From Opitutales bacterium (GTDB taxonomy: Bacteria; Verrucomicrobiota; Verrucomicrobiia; Opitutales; UBA2995): DNA of 32,000 nt. The stretch spans positions 376,943-408,942 of the forward strand of contig CBDCML010000001.1 of NCBI GenBank assembly GCA_965218995.1. The letters run 5' to 3'. Under the pieces are notes generated by a model. The model searched no databases. It saw only the letters and a list, made by a program, of their open reading frames with translations, and had not been told where the DNA came from. Both the position numbers and the translations under genes were made by a program. Positions 20,492-29,385 of the stretch are shown one piece after another (the stretch's first letter is position 1; every line of letters starts with the position of its first letter).

Positions 20492-20539
20492 GGAGTAATG
20501 GAGTAACGGAGTAATGGAATGATGGAATGATGGAATGAT
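20492..20539 (+). repeat. Octamer tandem array (GGAGTAAT)3 drifting to (GGAATGAT)3
   Basis: Six consecutive 8-bp units read directly from the sequence. Confidence 0.85.
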
Positions 20540-20613
20540 GGGACAAAGGTTGAAGAGATAGACCACGGATCCTGTTTCGCCCACGGGCTACGGCAGGACA
20601 AGTTACACGGATG

Positions 20614-21024
20614 AGGAACGAGGGTGGGAGATCAAGATCACGATCAAGATTACAGGTTGTACAGGATCCAGGAATTTTTTGCTTTTGTGCCTATTAATCC
20701 TAGAAAAGTAACTACTCAGGTATCTTAAACAATCGTCAGCATGAATGTTTTATTGATAACCTGTTTCGCAACTGTAGGAGGGGGTTTATCCTCCGATCTT
20801 CCAAATGGCCTCTCCGCAATCGGGGGATAAACCCCCTCCTACAGTTCTCTCAATCACCAACCCCCAAACTGAAGCATTCCTAATTCCTAATTCCTAATTC
20901 GCGCCCTTGGCGCATTCTTCCCCTTCTTGGCGATCTAGTAGGCTTCCGCCTTCATGGATTACGGCCTGACAAGTGGCGAGAGCAAATCCGGACGCTTGTC
21001 ACGCCGTAGCCTTGAGCGTAGGCG
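20614..21024. repeat. Left arm of an imperfect ~400-bp inverted repeat (partner 28987-29385)
   Basis: By eye, the reverse complement of 29084-29385 aligns with 20614-20935 at roughly 85-90% identity, and 29028-29083 aligns with 20974-21024. The arm contains a REPIN-like hairpin and heptamer modules. Confidence 0.8.
20707..20865 (-). repeat. REPIN-like element copy 2 (hairpin core 20772-20844), inverted relative to copies 1 and 3
   Basis: Same GTAG-headed arms; the spacer is the reverse complement of that in the other copies. One arm mismatch (CCTCCG versus CCCCCG). Confidence 0.85.
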
Positions 21025-21077
21025 AAAGCCATCCAACCCTCCGAAACGATGATAACTTATTCAGGGTCGACTAAATA

Positions 21078-22829
21078 ATGCGATTGATATTCTCCATATC
21101 AGGAATGGCGCTGGTTTTGCTTGGCCCGGCTTACCCGGAGGTGGACAAAGCGGGCGAGACGAGGCCGCAGACGGTAGAGGAAATTAAAGCTATTGCCGAG
21201 AACTATGGGCAATTCGCTCCCGAGGATGCCTGGGTGGAAGATCCTGATTTCGCCTATTACGGCAGCGAAAATGAATGGACCCGGCGGCAATTTTCCGCGG
21301 TGAGGGCGGAAATGCTCTACAAGCGCCGGGGGCAGCGGCAGCTACTGGAGATTCTGAAAGGGGATATCGATGAAGCCATCTCTTTGGCCGAATTTCGCTT
21401 GGAAGAGGATACCGAGGAGGCGGAATCCTGGTTCATCCTGGCGGTGGCCCATTCGGTAAAGGGCGAGGTCGGGGAAGCCATGGAATCCATGCACCGGGCC
21501 TTGCATAACGGCATGGAGTTTTCCCGCTTTCTGGCCGGTCCCAGGGATCTTATGAAGAACCTTACGGATTCCCCCGAATTTCGGGCTGTGGCCGAGGAAA
21601 AGGGGGTCGGTCTGATCCACGGGCCGATCTTGGGATCGGTAACCAGTGAAGGAGCCAATTTCTGGTTCAGGACTGTGGGAGAGGATACGGTGGAGGTTCG
21701 CTGCTACGACCAAAGCGGGCGCTTGTCCGGCGTGGCCTCGGGTCGAGGCGATGCCGCGGCTGACTACACCGTGGTGGTGATGGTGGAAGACCTGAATTCC
21801 GGCACGGAGTATCGCTATGAGGCGCTGGTAAACGGGGCCCCTGTCCGATGGGATACCGGGCTCACCTTTCGCACCTATCCGGAGAAGGGTAGTTCCGGTT
21901 CTTTCAAAGTCGGTATAGGGGGATGCGCCGGCTACACCCCCAAGTATGAATACATGTGGTCCACCCTGGCGGCGCGGCAATTGGACGCCCTGTTGTTGCT
22001 GGGGGACAACGTCTACATCGACCTGCCCGTAATGCCGGGGGCCTTTCACGACTACACTTACTACCGTCGGCAATCGCAACCGGATTTCCGGAAGCTTGGG
22101 CAATCCACCGCCCTCTACGCCATCTGGGATGACCACGACGCGGCCACGGATGATGTCTGGATGGGGCCGTATAGGGACAGGCCGGTCTGGAAGCAGCACA
22201 TGGTCGAAGTATTCCAGCGCAACTGGGCAAATCCGGGGGGAGGCGCGCCGGTCTGGCCGGGTTGTTGGTTCCAATTCTCCCTGGGTGACGTGGACATATT
22301 CATGCTGGACGGACGAACTTACAGGACAAATCCGCACAAGGAGGATAAGACCATGCTGGGCCCGGTTCAGAAGGAATGGTTGTTGTCGGGTCTGAAAGCC
22401 TCCAAGGCTACCTTCAAGGTTATCGCCTCACCTGTGGCCTGGGCTTCTGCAGCCAAACCCGGAAGCAAAGATACCTGGAATGGATTCATCGATGAACGGG
22501 AAGGAATCTTCCACTATCTCGGCCAGAACCGGATCGAGGGCGTGCTCCTGCTCTCCGGGGACCGGCATCGCACCGACTTTTGGATAAACCATCGGGAGGG
22601 GGATTATCCCCTCTATGAAATGTCGAGTTCCAGGTTGACCAATATCCATACGGCCGACTTGATGCCGGGGGCCATCTTCGGCTACAACGCGAAGCCCTCT
22701 TTCGGAGTCCTGAATTTCCATACCGGGTTGGAGGACCCCGAAGTTCGGTTCGAGATCGTCAGCATCGACGACGAACTGATTTATGCGCACACTATCAGGC
22801 TGAGCCAATTGTCATACCCCGATCGGTGA
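21078..22829 (+). CDS. PhoD-like alkaline phosphatase (metallophosphatase) with helical N-terminal extension
   Basis: 'GPILGSVTSEGANFWFRT', 'LLLGDNVYID', 'AIWDDHD' and 'LLSGDRHRTD' are characteristic PhoD-like/metallophosphatase blocks. Confidence 0.8.
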   Translation: MRLIFSISGMALVLLGPAYPEVDKAGETRPQTVEEIKAIAENYGQFAPEDAWVEDPDFAYYGSENEWTRRQFSAVRAEMLYKRRGQRQLLEILKGDIDEAISLAEFRLEEDTEEAESWFILAVAHSVKGEVGEAMESMHRALHNGMEFSRFLAGPRDLMKNLTDSPEFRAVAEEKGVGLIHGPILGSVTSEGANFWFRTVGEDTVEVRCYDQSGRLSGVASGRGDAAADYTVVVMVEDLNSGTEYRYEALVNGAPVRWDTGLTFRTYPEKGSSGSFKVGIGGCAGYTPKYEYMWSTLAARQLDALLLLGDNVYIDLPVMPGAFHDYTYYRRQSQPDFRKLGQSTALYAIWDDHDAATDDVWMGPYRDRPVWKQHMVEVFQRNWANPGGGAPVWPGCWFQFSLGDVDIFMLDGRTYRTNPHKEDKTMLGPVQKEWLLSGLKASKATFKVIASPVAWASAAKPGSKDTWNGFIDEREGIFHYLGQNRIEGVLLLSGDRHRTDFWINHREGDYPLYEMSSSRLTNIHTADLMPGAIFGYNAKPSFGVLNFHTGLEDPEVRFEIVSIDDELIYAHTIRLSQLSYPDR

Positions 22830-23109
22830 ATGACCATGCTTTGCTCTCGCTAAGCTCACTATGAACCACCGATTACGCGGATGGACACGGATTTTCAAAA
22901 AATAACGCTACGCTTGATCCTGCTTCACCGGAATTGGTTTTTCAGGAGGGCATGTTTTCCTACTCTCCGTATGAAGACAATGGCGGATAGGAATGTGGAG
23001 GAATGTTTGGCCACATAAAGGACAGAATTCACAAGACGACCACGGATGAGGAATTGACTCTCGCAAAGAACGCGAAGAACGCGGAGATGGGGAGAATTAG
23101 GAATTAGGA

Positions 23110-23153
23110 ATGAAGGCTGAAAATCCGATACAGGCCAAATCTTACGCGTTTGG
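23110..23153 (+). pseudogene. Remnant (first ~15 codons) of a type-A four-helix-bundle gene
   Basis: ATGAAGGCTGAAAATCCGATACAGGCCAAATCTTACGCGTTTGG matches 30539-30582 at about 40 of 44 nt. It is preceded by the same GAATTAGGAATTAGGAATG leader (23094-23112). The homology then stops. Confidence 0.7.
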
Positions 23154-23172
23154 ATTGGGGTATTTTTTAAAA

Positions 23173-23246
23173 CCACAGATTGCGCAGATGAACGCAGATG
23201 GAAAAACCAAAAAGATAATCTGCGGACATCTGTGTCATCTGCGGTT
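23173..23246. repeat. Imperfect hairpin built from CGCAGATGA-type words
   Basis: CCACAGATTGCGCAGATGAACGCAGATGG ... ATCTGCGGACATCTGTGTCATCTGCGG. The arms are about 21 of 27 nt complementary. Confidence 0.6.
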
Positions 23247-23289
23247 AAATTCTCTGTCAGTAGAGCAACAAAATTGTTTATGAATTCGC

Positions 23290-24683
23290 ATGACGAGAAT
23301 TGATTCCATTCGGGCTCGAACCATTACCCTGCCAGCCGATTACCGTAATGCCACGGTCAGTTTTGCCGGGATGACGGGATCGCTTGTGGCCACCCTGGCC
23401 AGAGGGGATGATGGATCCATTGAGACCGGTTACGGCTTCGGGTCCATCGGCCGTTACGCCCAGACTGAAATGATCCTGGAACGCTTTGCCCCGCGCATTT
23501 TGCGAGCGGATCCTTCTGCATACGACCGGGATGGATTCCCGGATCCCGTTCGGTTGAATCGGCTCATGCGCCGCAACGAAAAGCAAGGGGGTCATGGCGA
23601 GCGATCGGTCGCCATCGGAGCGATCGACATGGCGGCCTGGGATCTCTACGCCAAACTCCATAAGAAACCGCTCTTTCTCTGCTTGGCGGAGCGTTTTAAC
23701 GGGGCCCAATTCGATCCGGCGGTCGAGTTGTATGCGGCGGGGGGATACTATTATGATGAAGGCGGACCGACCCGGTTGCGGCGGGAGTTGGAGGATTATC
23801 TCGAAGCGGGATTTCGGTCGATCAAGATCAAAATTGGCGGCGCATCCCTGGAAAGGGATCTGCAACGAATAGAAACCGCCATAGCCGCGGTGGGTTCTCG
23901 GGTTTTGTAGCGGTAGACGCGAACGGGCGCTTCAGCGGGGAGGAGGCGCTGGAATGGGGCAGGGCCCTGGAGGATTTGAACCTGCGTTGGTATGAGGAGC
24001 CGGTCGATCCACTGGATTTGGAGGCTTACAAACAATTGGGTTCAGCTTATGGGCCGCCCTTGGCAACCGGGGAGAACCTCTTCTCCCTGCAGGAGGTAAA
24101 AAACCTGATCCGTTACGGGGGGTTGCGTCCGGATCGGGATATTCTGCAGATGGATCCGGGCCTGGCTTATGGGGTCCCGGAATATTTGGACATCCTCCAT
24201 GCCTTGGAAACTGCCGGTTGGTCGCGGAGAAGCTGTTTCCCACATGGAGGGAATTTGTTCAACCTTCACATCGCCCAAGGCCTGCAGATCGGCGGAACGG
24301 AAGTCTATCCCGGAGTTTTTGCCCCCCTCGGCGGATTTGGGGAGTCGGTTGAAATCGAGAATGGACGGGCCTCCGCTCCCGACTTTTTCCAGATCGATGC
24401 GGTTTGGGAAAGTTTCCGTTGGATCAAGCGCCATTACACGGATCTCGGGTTTTCCGCAAGGGCCGACATTTTGGAGAACAACGCGGGTCACAATTATAAT
24501 CGCACCCAGCGGGAGGCGGCCCTTCGTTGGTTCAATCAGTGGTTGAAGGGACGGGTGGAAACCATACGGGAGCCGAGGATCGATTTGTTTACCCCGGAAG
24601 AGCTTTGGGCGACCCCCGGCGGACAGGTTTTGGAGGTAGAAGGCGCCAGGGGGCGCCAATTAGGAATTAGGAATTGGGAATGA
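23290..24683 (+). pseudogene. Enolase-superfamily (mandelate racemase/muconate lactonizing type) gene with internal frameshift and foreign 3' end
   Basis: Part 1 (23290-23910) ends '...IETAIAAVGSRVL*'. The family continues in another frame from 23910: 'AVDANGRFSGEEALEW...WYEEPVDP...ATGENLFS...PHGGN...VEIENGRASAPD'. After ~24385 the ORF switches to an alpha/beta-hydrolase-like C-terminus ('AGHNY...AALRWFNQWLKG') and ends in the heptamer repeat (LGIRNWE*). Confidence 0.7.
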
Positions 24684-24686
24684 AAA

Positions 24687-24742
24687 GGCACAAAGGCACA
24701 AAGGCACAAAGGCACAAAGGCACAAAGGCACAAAGGCACAAA
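24687..24742 (+). repeat. (GGCACAAA)7 octamer tandem array
   Basis: Seven perfect units, immediately upstream of the type-B four-helix-bundle remnant. Confidence 0.95.
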
Positions 24743-24823
24743 GTAAGTGGGGTTAAAGCATATCGAGATTCGATCGTTTGGCAAAAGGGGATCGACCTGG
24801 TGACAATAATTTATGAACTGAGC
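24743..24823 (+). pseudogene. Remnant (27 codons) of a type-B four-helix-bundle gene, start codon lost
   Basis: 'VSGVKAYRDSIVWQKGIDLVTIIYELS' compares with the intact 'MSGVRTYRDLIVWQKGIDFVTKIYGLT' at 31722. ATG is replaced by GTA, and homology ends at about 24823. Confidence 0.75.
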
Positions 24824-24874
24824 GAGGACCGGCTGCAGGCAAAGCGGCAAGTACCATAATTGATGATGAACCCA

Positions 24875-25756
24875 TCAACGCATGATTTCGGGATTGTCTG
24901 AATAAGCCATGGGTTTGGGATCGAGCAATTTCACCAGGGCATCCTTGGTGGCGAATGCGCAAAAAAAGTTCCCCCGTGGGTTGTAATGACCCACAAAGAA
25001 TTGTTTCAGATAATCGTTAAAATCCATTTTGTAGTTCTCCGCATGGTCTCTTATGTGTTCCTCTGCCATATCGATAACCGGATGCGTTCTTTTTTTTAGA
25101 AAGTCTACAAAGGCTTTATCCCATCGTGGATCATCTTCCCTTATCTGAGCAATTCTCCCGGCAGAGTAGGAGATGTTTACCCGGATATTTCTCCAGGCAT
25201 CCAGGTTTCGGGAATGATCGTCGTGATAGATGTTGAAAATGATAACATCGGACGGCGTTCTTTCCTCCTCCTTTAACATGCGGCGGTAAGCCTGGTAAAC
25301 GGACCATCCGCCGATACCGAAATTGCGAACCGGTTCGTGAAGGTGAGCGGCTAGAACTTCCTGCCAGGTTTCTCCGTCGCTCACCTGGTGACATTGTGTA
25401 AAGCTGTCACCATAGGTGTTTATCCGGCAAGGCTTGCCAGCGTAGTTTACTCGTATCCGGGGTCCGTCGTCTTTTTCATATCGGTATTGGGATACCGAAT
25501 TATCCACCCCGTCCCTGAAATAGGCATCGGGCAGCAACCATCCAAACTCGGAACTGTATCTGGCAAAGGGAAAGGCTTCTCCCGCAAGCCAAGCTCTAAT
25601 TTCCCCGGGAGTATAAATGATCGAACGAAGGTAGTTTTCGGCAGTAATAATCGGGTTGTTTTTGGCTTGGCCTCGAAGCTGTGCAGCGAGTAACAGACCC
25701 ATACTTGATGTAAGGGATTTCTTTACGAAGGTTCGACGTTTATAAGTTTGTGGCAT
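24875..25756 (-). CDS. SGNH/GDSL-type hydrolase with Tat-like signal
   Basis: 'RRTFVKKSLTSSMGLLLAA' N-terminus. Block I 'NTYGDSFTQC' and block II 'FGIGGWS'. Confidence 0.6.
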   Translation of the reverse strand: MPQTYKRRTFVKKSLTSSMGLLLAAQLRGQAKNNPIITAENYLRSIIYTPGEIRAWLAGEAFPFARYSSEFGWLLPDAYFRDGVDNSVSQYRYEKDDGPRIRVNYAGKPCRINTYGDSFTQCHQVSDGETWQEVLAAHLHEPVRNFGIGGWSVYQAYRRMLKEEERTPSDVIIFNIYHDDHSRNLDAWRNIRVNISYSAGRIAQIREDDPRWDKAFVDFLKKRTHPVIDMAEEHIRDHAENYKMDFNDYLKQFFVGHYNPRGNFFCAFATKDALVKLLDPKPMAYSDNPEIMR

Positions 25757-25830
25757 TTCCTGAGCCAGGCTTTGCCGAAAAAAACGCTCCGACGCAAGGG
25801 TCGGAGCGGTTGATCCAAAAAGTAAACGAC

Positions 25831-28740
25831 TTACTCTAAACTATTACCAATTGTAACGGATACCGGCGCGTACATAGGAGCCGTAGAATTCGCGCGGCGC
25901 AGGCGTTGGGTGCCCCGACCGTATGTGCGAATCTTTTCCGCCTCGAATATGTTCTGCCAGTTCACGTAGATGGTGTAATTATCACTGATGGCGTAACTGG
26001 CCTGAACGTCCGTATAGTCACGTGTGTCATCCCAGCGGTCCTCGTCTGCCGCGCCTGACAGTTCACGCACGCTTTCGTCCTGGTAGTTGTAGGCGATCCT
26101 AGCTTGAAGTTTGTGCTTTTGGTAGTACAATGCGACATTGTAGATGTTCTCCGGTTGACGAAAGAAAGGCAGGTCGTCCTCCAAGCGGTCAAAAATCGTG
26201 ACATCCGAACTGATGAAGGTGGCGTTGACATCCAGCCCGAAACCATCGAGGAAACCTTCCTCTAGAAAGCTGCTGAACGGAATCTGCGCGGCGAGCTCGA
26301 AACCGGTAATGGATCCTTTATCGGCGTTCCTGAACTGGACCCTTGACAAGGTGTCAAAGCCAATACCATGCCGGGTTACATTTCTCAGGCTTTCCGAGAA
26401 TGGATAAATGGGGTTGTCGATTTCCTTTTGGAAAATGCCGGCTGAGAGCAGGCCCCCTGATTCGAGATAATGCTCGATACCGAGGTCCCAGTTGATAGAC
26501 TCGTAGGGAGACAACTCCGGATTTCCCAGCTCAACTTCCCCGATAAATGGGAAGTTGGGATCCAATTGGTCCTCGGGATCCAGTTCTTCGTACTCGAAAA
26601 CATTGTTGGGTGAGGCCTTTTCATAGGGAGGACGTCCAATGGTTCCGGTGAAGGTTGCTCTCAGAAGGGTGTTGGCGCCGATTTCATACCGGAGTTGCAA
26701 GTTGGGAAGGAAATTACTGTAATAGAAATCGCCTTCCGTTTCGACCAGGTTAAAGACATCTCCTTGGGCGGTTTCCCCTTCTTGGAATTCGAATGATTTC
26801 AGACTGGCATCGGTATCTTCCCAGCGGACTCCGGCCAGGACGGTCAATTTCTCCGAGGCCTGGATAGTGGCCATGAAGTAAAGGGCCAGGATATCTTCCG
26901 AGATGTCGTAGTCGTCTTCCACCGAGTTGGAGGCGGATTCAACCGGGTCCACTTCAAAGGAGCTGCGGTTGGCATTGAGGTAGTCCAGGGCGGTCAACAC
27001 GTCCAGAGTGGAAGGGTAGTGGTAGCGCCCGCCATACATGGGGAATCCCGAATTGGGGGCGGGAGGGGCGATCTGAACCATGTTGAAATCCCCGACCGGG
27101 CGGGTGGAGTTGTCGTCCACGAAGCGATCCCGTGAGGTAATTTTTGCCCCGGACTTGAAAGTAGTCCGTCCGCCCAGGAAATCATCGTTTTCCCACTCGA
27201 AATCCAGCCGAGGGGCATAGGTTTCTTCCTTGGAATAGGAATCGTCCTCGCGGAAGCGACGCAGGTTGAATTCGTCTTGTTCCTGGGTAAGAAAACCTTT
27301 GTCATCAAAATTCGGGTAGAGACCACTGAACTCGTAGAAGAAGTGGTTGGGAGGAAGGAAGTTCTCATTTCCAGTGCGGAACTGAACGGTTTTGATGAAA
27401 GGGACCTCTTCTTCGGCCACCGAATAGGTGACGTCTCCGGAAACGCGCATATTATCGTATTGACGGTGCCCACCCACCGAGATGTTGAACAGGCCCTGGT
27501 CAATTTCCCGGCGGAAGTCCCGTTGCTCCATGCGCATCCGGTTGAAGTCCGCCGCAGTGGGGGAGAGGAACATGGGATCCCGGCGGGTATCCATGATCAT
27601 TTCCTGTTGACGCTCACTTTCGTCGAACTGGTTGAAGATACCGCGAATAAAGAACTCGGAATCAGGATCCGGGAGGAATTCGATGTTATAATTGAATCCC
27701 ATCCTGGTCCGTTCTCCTTCGGCGGGTTGGAGTTCAAAGGTTTCAACGAAGTAGCGGCCATCCTCATTCCCATAATTGGCCTGAATCTCATGGGAGGTAA
27801 AAGGCCGTTCCGAATAGTGGGCGGAAAGGGAGATCCCCACGGTGCCGTCGTTGAAGGTATCCCCCCAGGTGATATCCCCGTCGAAGAGGGTTCCGCTGCG
27901 ATCGCTGTTTTCGCCCAATTCAACTTTACCGAATACGAATCTGTCCGGTTGATCGAAAGCGCTGACGCTTTTGATATTAATGGTTCCACCGAGGGCATTG
28001 CCGTCCATATCGGGGGTTACCGCCTTGATGACTTCGATCTGATAGATCTGACCGGATCCCACCACGTCCAAGGGCATGGCCCGACCTTCCCGTCCACCTG
28101 CGGCGGGGGCGGCCACGATGGCGCCATTGAAGGTCACGTTGTTGAAATTCGGCTCCAGACCCCGGATGCTGACGAAGCGGCCTTCACCGGCGTCCACGTC
28201 CAGGCTGACGCCGGGAATTCGGGCCAGAGCTTCCGCCACATTCCGGTCGGGCAGGGATCCCACCGAGTCGGCGGAAATGATATCGAGGATGTTGTTGGCA
28301 GTCCGTTTCTGTTGCAGGGCCAGGGCACGGGCTTCACGGTAACCTTCGACGCGGAAGGCGGGGAGTTCCACAAATTCCAAACCAACTTCAACGGACAAAG
28401 TGGCCGATCCGGTTTCGGGAACGTTAACCGATTCGCTGATGGGGCTGTATCCGATATAACGAACTTGCACGGTATAGGTCCCGGCGGGAAGATCGGGAAT
28501 GCGATAACTGCCATCGCGGTTGGTAATGGCAATGCGGCCTTCTCCCAGGACGACCACTTCAACCCCGGGCAGATATCGTCCCGTATTGGCGTCGATAATA
28601 AAGCCTTCGATGTCTCCGGCTTTCAACCCGGGTGTGGCCAGGGCCAGCATCAGGGCCAGGACGGGCAAACCGAAACGGTGGCGATAAAAACGGGCGAAGA
28701 ACCCCGAGGAATTGTTTCTGAGAAGCTGATTCGTGTTCAT
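25831..28740 (-). CDS. TonB-dependent receptor with N-terminal carboxypeptidase-regulatory-like domain; probable frameshift near the 3' end
   Basis: 'GFIIDANTGRYLPGVEVVV...DGSYRIPDLPAGTYTV' (CarbopepD_reg-like). Plug motif 'DRNVAEALARIPGVS'. The canonical C-terminus '...REFYGSYVRAGIRYNW*' is encoded in another frame and ends at 25844. Confidence 0.85.
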   Translation of the reverse strand: MNTNQLLRNNSSGFFARFYRHRFGLPVLALMLALATPGLKAGDIEGFIIDANTGRYLPGVEVVVLGEGRIAITNRDGSYRIPDLPAGTYTVQVRYIGYSPISESVNVPETGSATLSVEVGLEFVELPAFRVEGYREARALALQQKRTANNILDIISADSVGSLPDRNVAEALARIPGVSLDVDAGEGRFVSIRGLEPNFNNVTFNGAIVAAPAAGGREGRAMPLDVVGSGQIYQIEVIKAVTPDMDGNALGGTINIKSVSAFDQPDRFVFGKVELGENSDRSGTLFDGDITWGDTFNDGTVGISLSAHYSERPFTSHEIQANYGNEDGRYFVETFELQPAEGERTRMGFNYNIEFLPDPDSEFFIRGIFNQFDESERQQEMIMDTRRDPMFLSPTAADFNRMRMEQRDFRREIDQGLFNISVGGHRQYDNMRVSGDVTYSVAEEEVPFIKTVQFRTGNENFLPPNHFFYEFSGLYPNFDDKGFLTQEQDEFNLRRFREDDSYSKEETYAPRLDFEWENDDFLGGRTTFKSGAKITSRDRFVDDNSTRPVGDFNMVQIAPPAPNSGFPMYGGRYHYPSTLDVLTALDYLNANRSSFEVDPVESASNSVEDDYDISEDILALYFMATIQASEKLTVLAGVRWEDTDASLKSFEFQEGETAQGDVFNLVETEGDFYYSNFLPNLQLRYEIGANTLLRATFTGTIGRPPYEKASPNNVFEYEELDPEDQLDPNFPFIGEVELGNPELSPYESINWDLGIEHYLESGGLLSAGIFQKEIDNPIYPFSESLRNVTRHGIGFDTLSRVQFRNADKGSITGFELAAQIPFSSFLEEGFLDGFGLDVNATFISSDVTIFDRLEDDLPFFRQPENIYNVALYYQKHKLQARIAYNYQDESVRELSGAADEDRWDDTRDYTDVQASYAISDNYTIYVNWQNIFEAEKIRTYGRGTQRLRRANSTAPMYAPVSVTIGNSLE

Positions 28741-28986
28741 GCGGATAGTTTTGTGGAGTTTACGTTGCGTGGATCGTTCAAAGAGGGGGGGAATAGCGGT
28801 TAGGCGGATAAATTATCCGGAGCATGGGCCAACGCCCGAAGAAAAGGGAGGAAAGCGACCTCAAGGAATATTCCCTAGTTAGAGTCGATAAATTTTGCGG
28901 AGCATATGTCTAAGAGTAACCCTTGACTAACGTCAAAGGTAAACACTGTCAATTTTCCCAATCAGTCGACCTTAAAAACCTCCGCG

Positions 28987-29385
28987 TAGTAGGATGGCTC
29001 CGCCTTCATGGATTACGACGTGACAGGTCCGCCTACGCTCAAGGCTACGACGTGACGGGCCTGACTGGATTTGCTCTCGGCAAGATCGCCAAGAAGGGGA
29101 AGAATGCGCCAAGGGCGCGAATTAGGAATGCTTCAGTTTGGGGGATGGTGATTGAGAGAACTGTAGGAGGGGGTTTATCCCCCGATTGCGGTGAGGCCAT
29201 TTGGAAGATCGGGGGATAAACCCCCTCCTACAGTTGCGAAATAGGTTATCAATAAAACATCCATGCGAACGATTGTTTAAGATACCTGAGTAGTTACTTT
29301 TATAGGATTCATAAGCACAAAAACACAAAATTCCCAGATCCTGTACAACCTGTAATCTTGATCGTGATCTCTCACCCTCGTTCCT
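28987..29385. repeat. Right arm of the imperfect ~400-bp inverted repeat (partner 20614-21024)
   Basis: See the left arm. One ~40-bp module (28987-29027, TAGTAGG..CCGCCTTCATGGATTACG..TGACA) has the same absolute orientation as its homologue at 20936-20973, so it is flipped and relocated relative to the rest of the repeat. Confidence 0.8.
29142..29298 (+). repeat. REPIN-like element copy 3 (hairpin core 29161-29233)
   Basis: Same arms and spacer as copy 1, with one spacer substitution. Confidence 0.85.

Noticed and set aside
27277-28803. 508-aa ORF antisense to the TonB-dependent receptor (similarly 14000-14953, 15003-15782, 16624-17361, 17348-18064, 19482-20378, 21342-22337, 30533-31522)
   Set aside because: All are antisense shadows of genes with clear family signatures. 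Their translations lack recognisable motifs.
28923-29219. 98-aa ORF in the 1.16-kb repeat mosaic (also 29122-29448 and 29513-29776)
   Set aside because: It is composed entirely of repeat modules that recur in both orientations elsewhere, so there is no coding signal.
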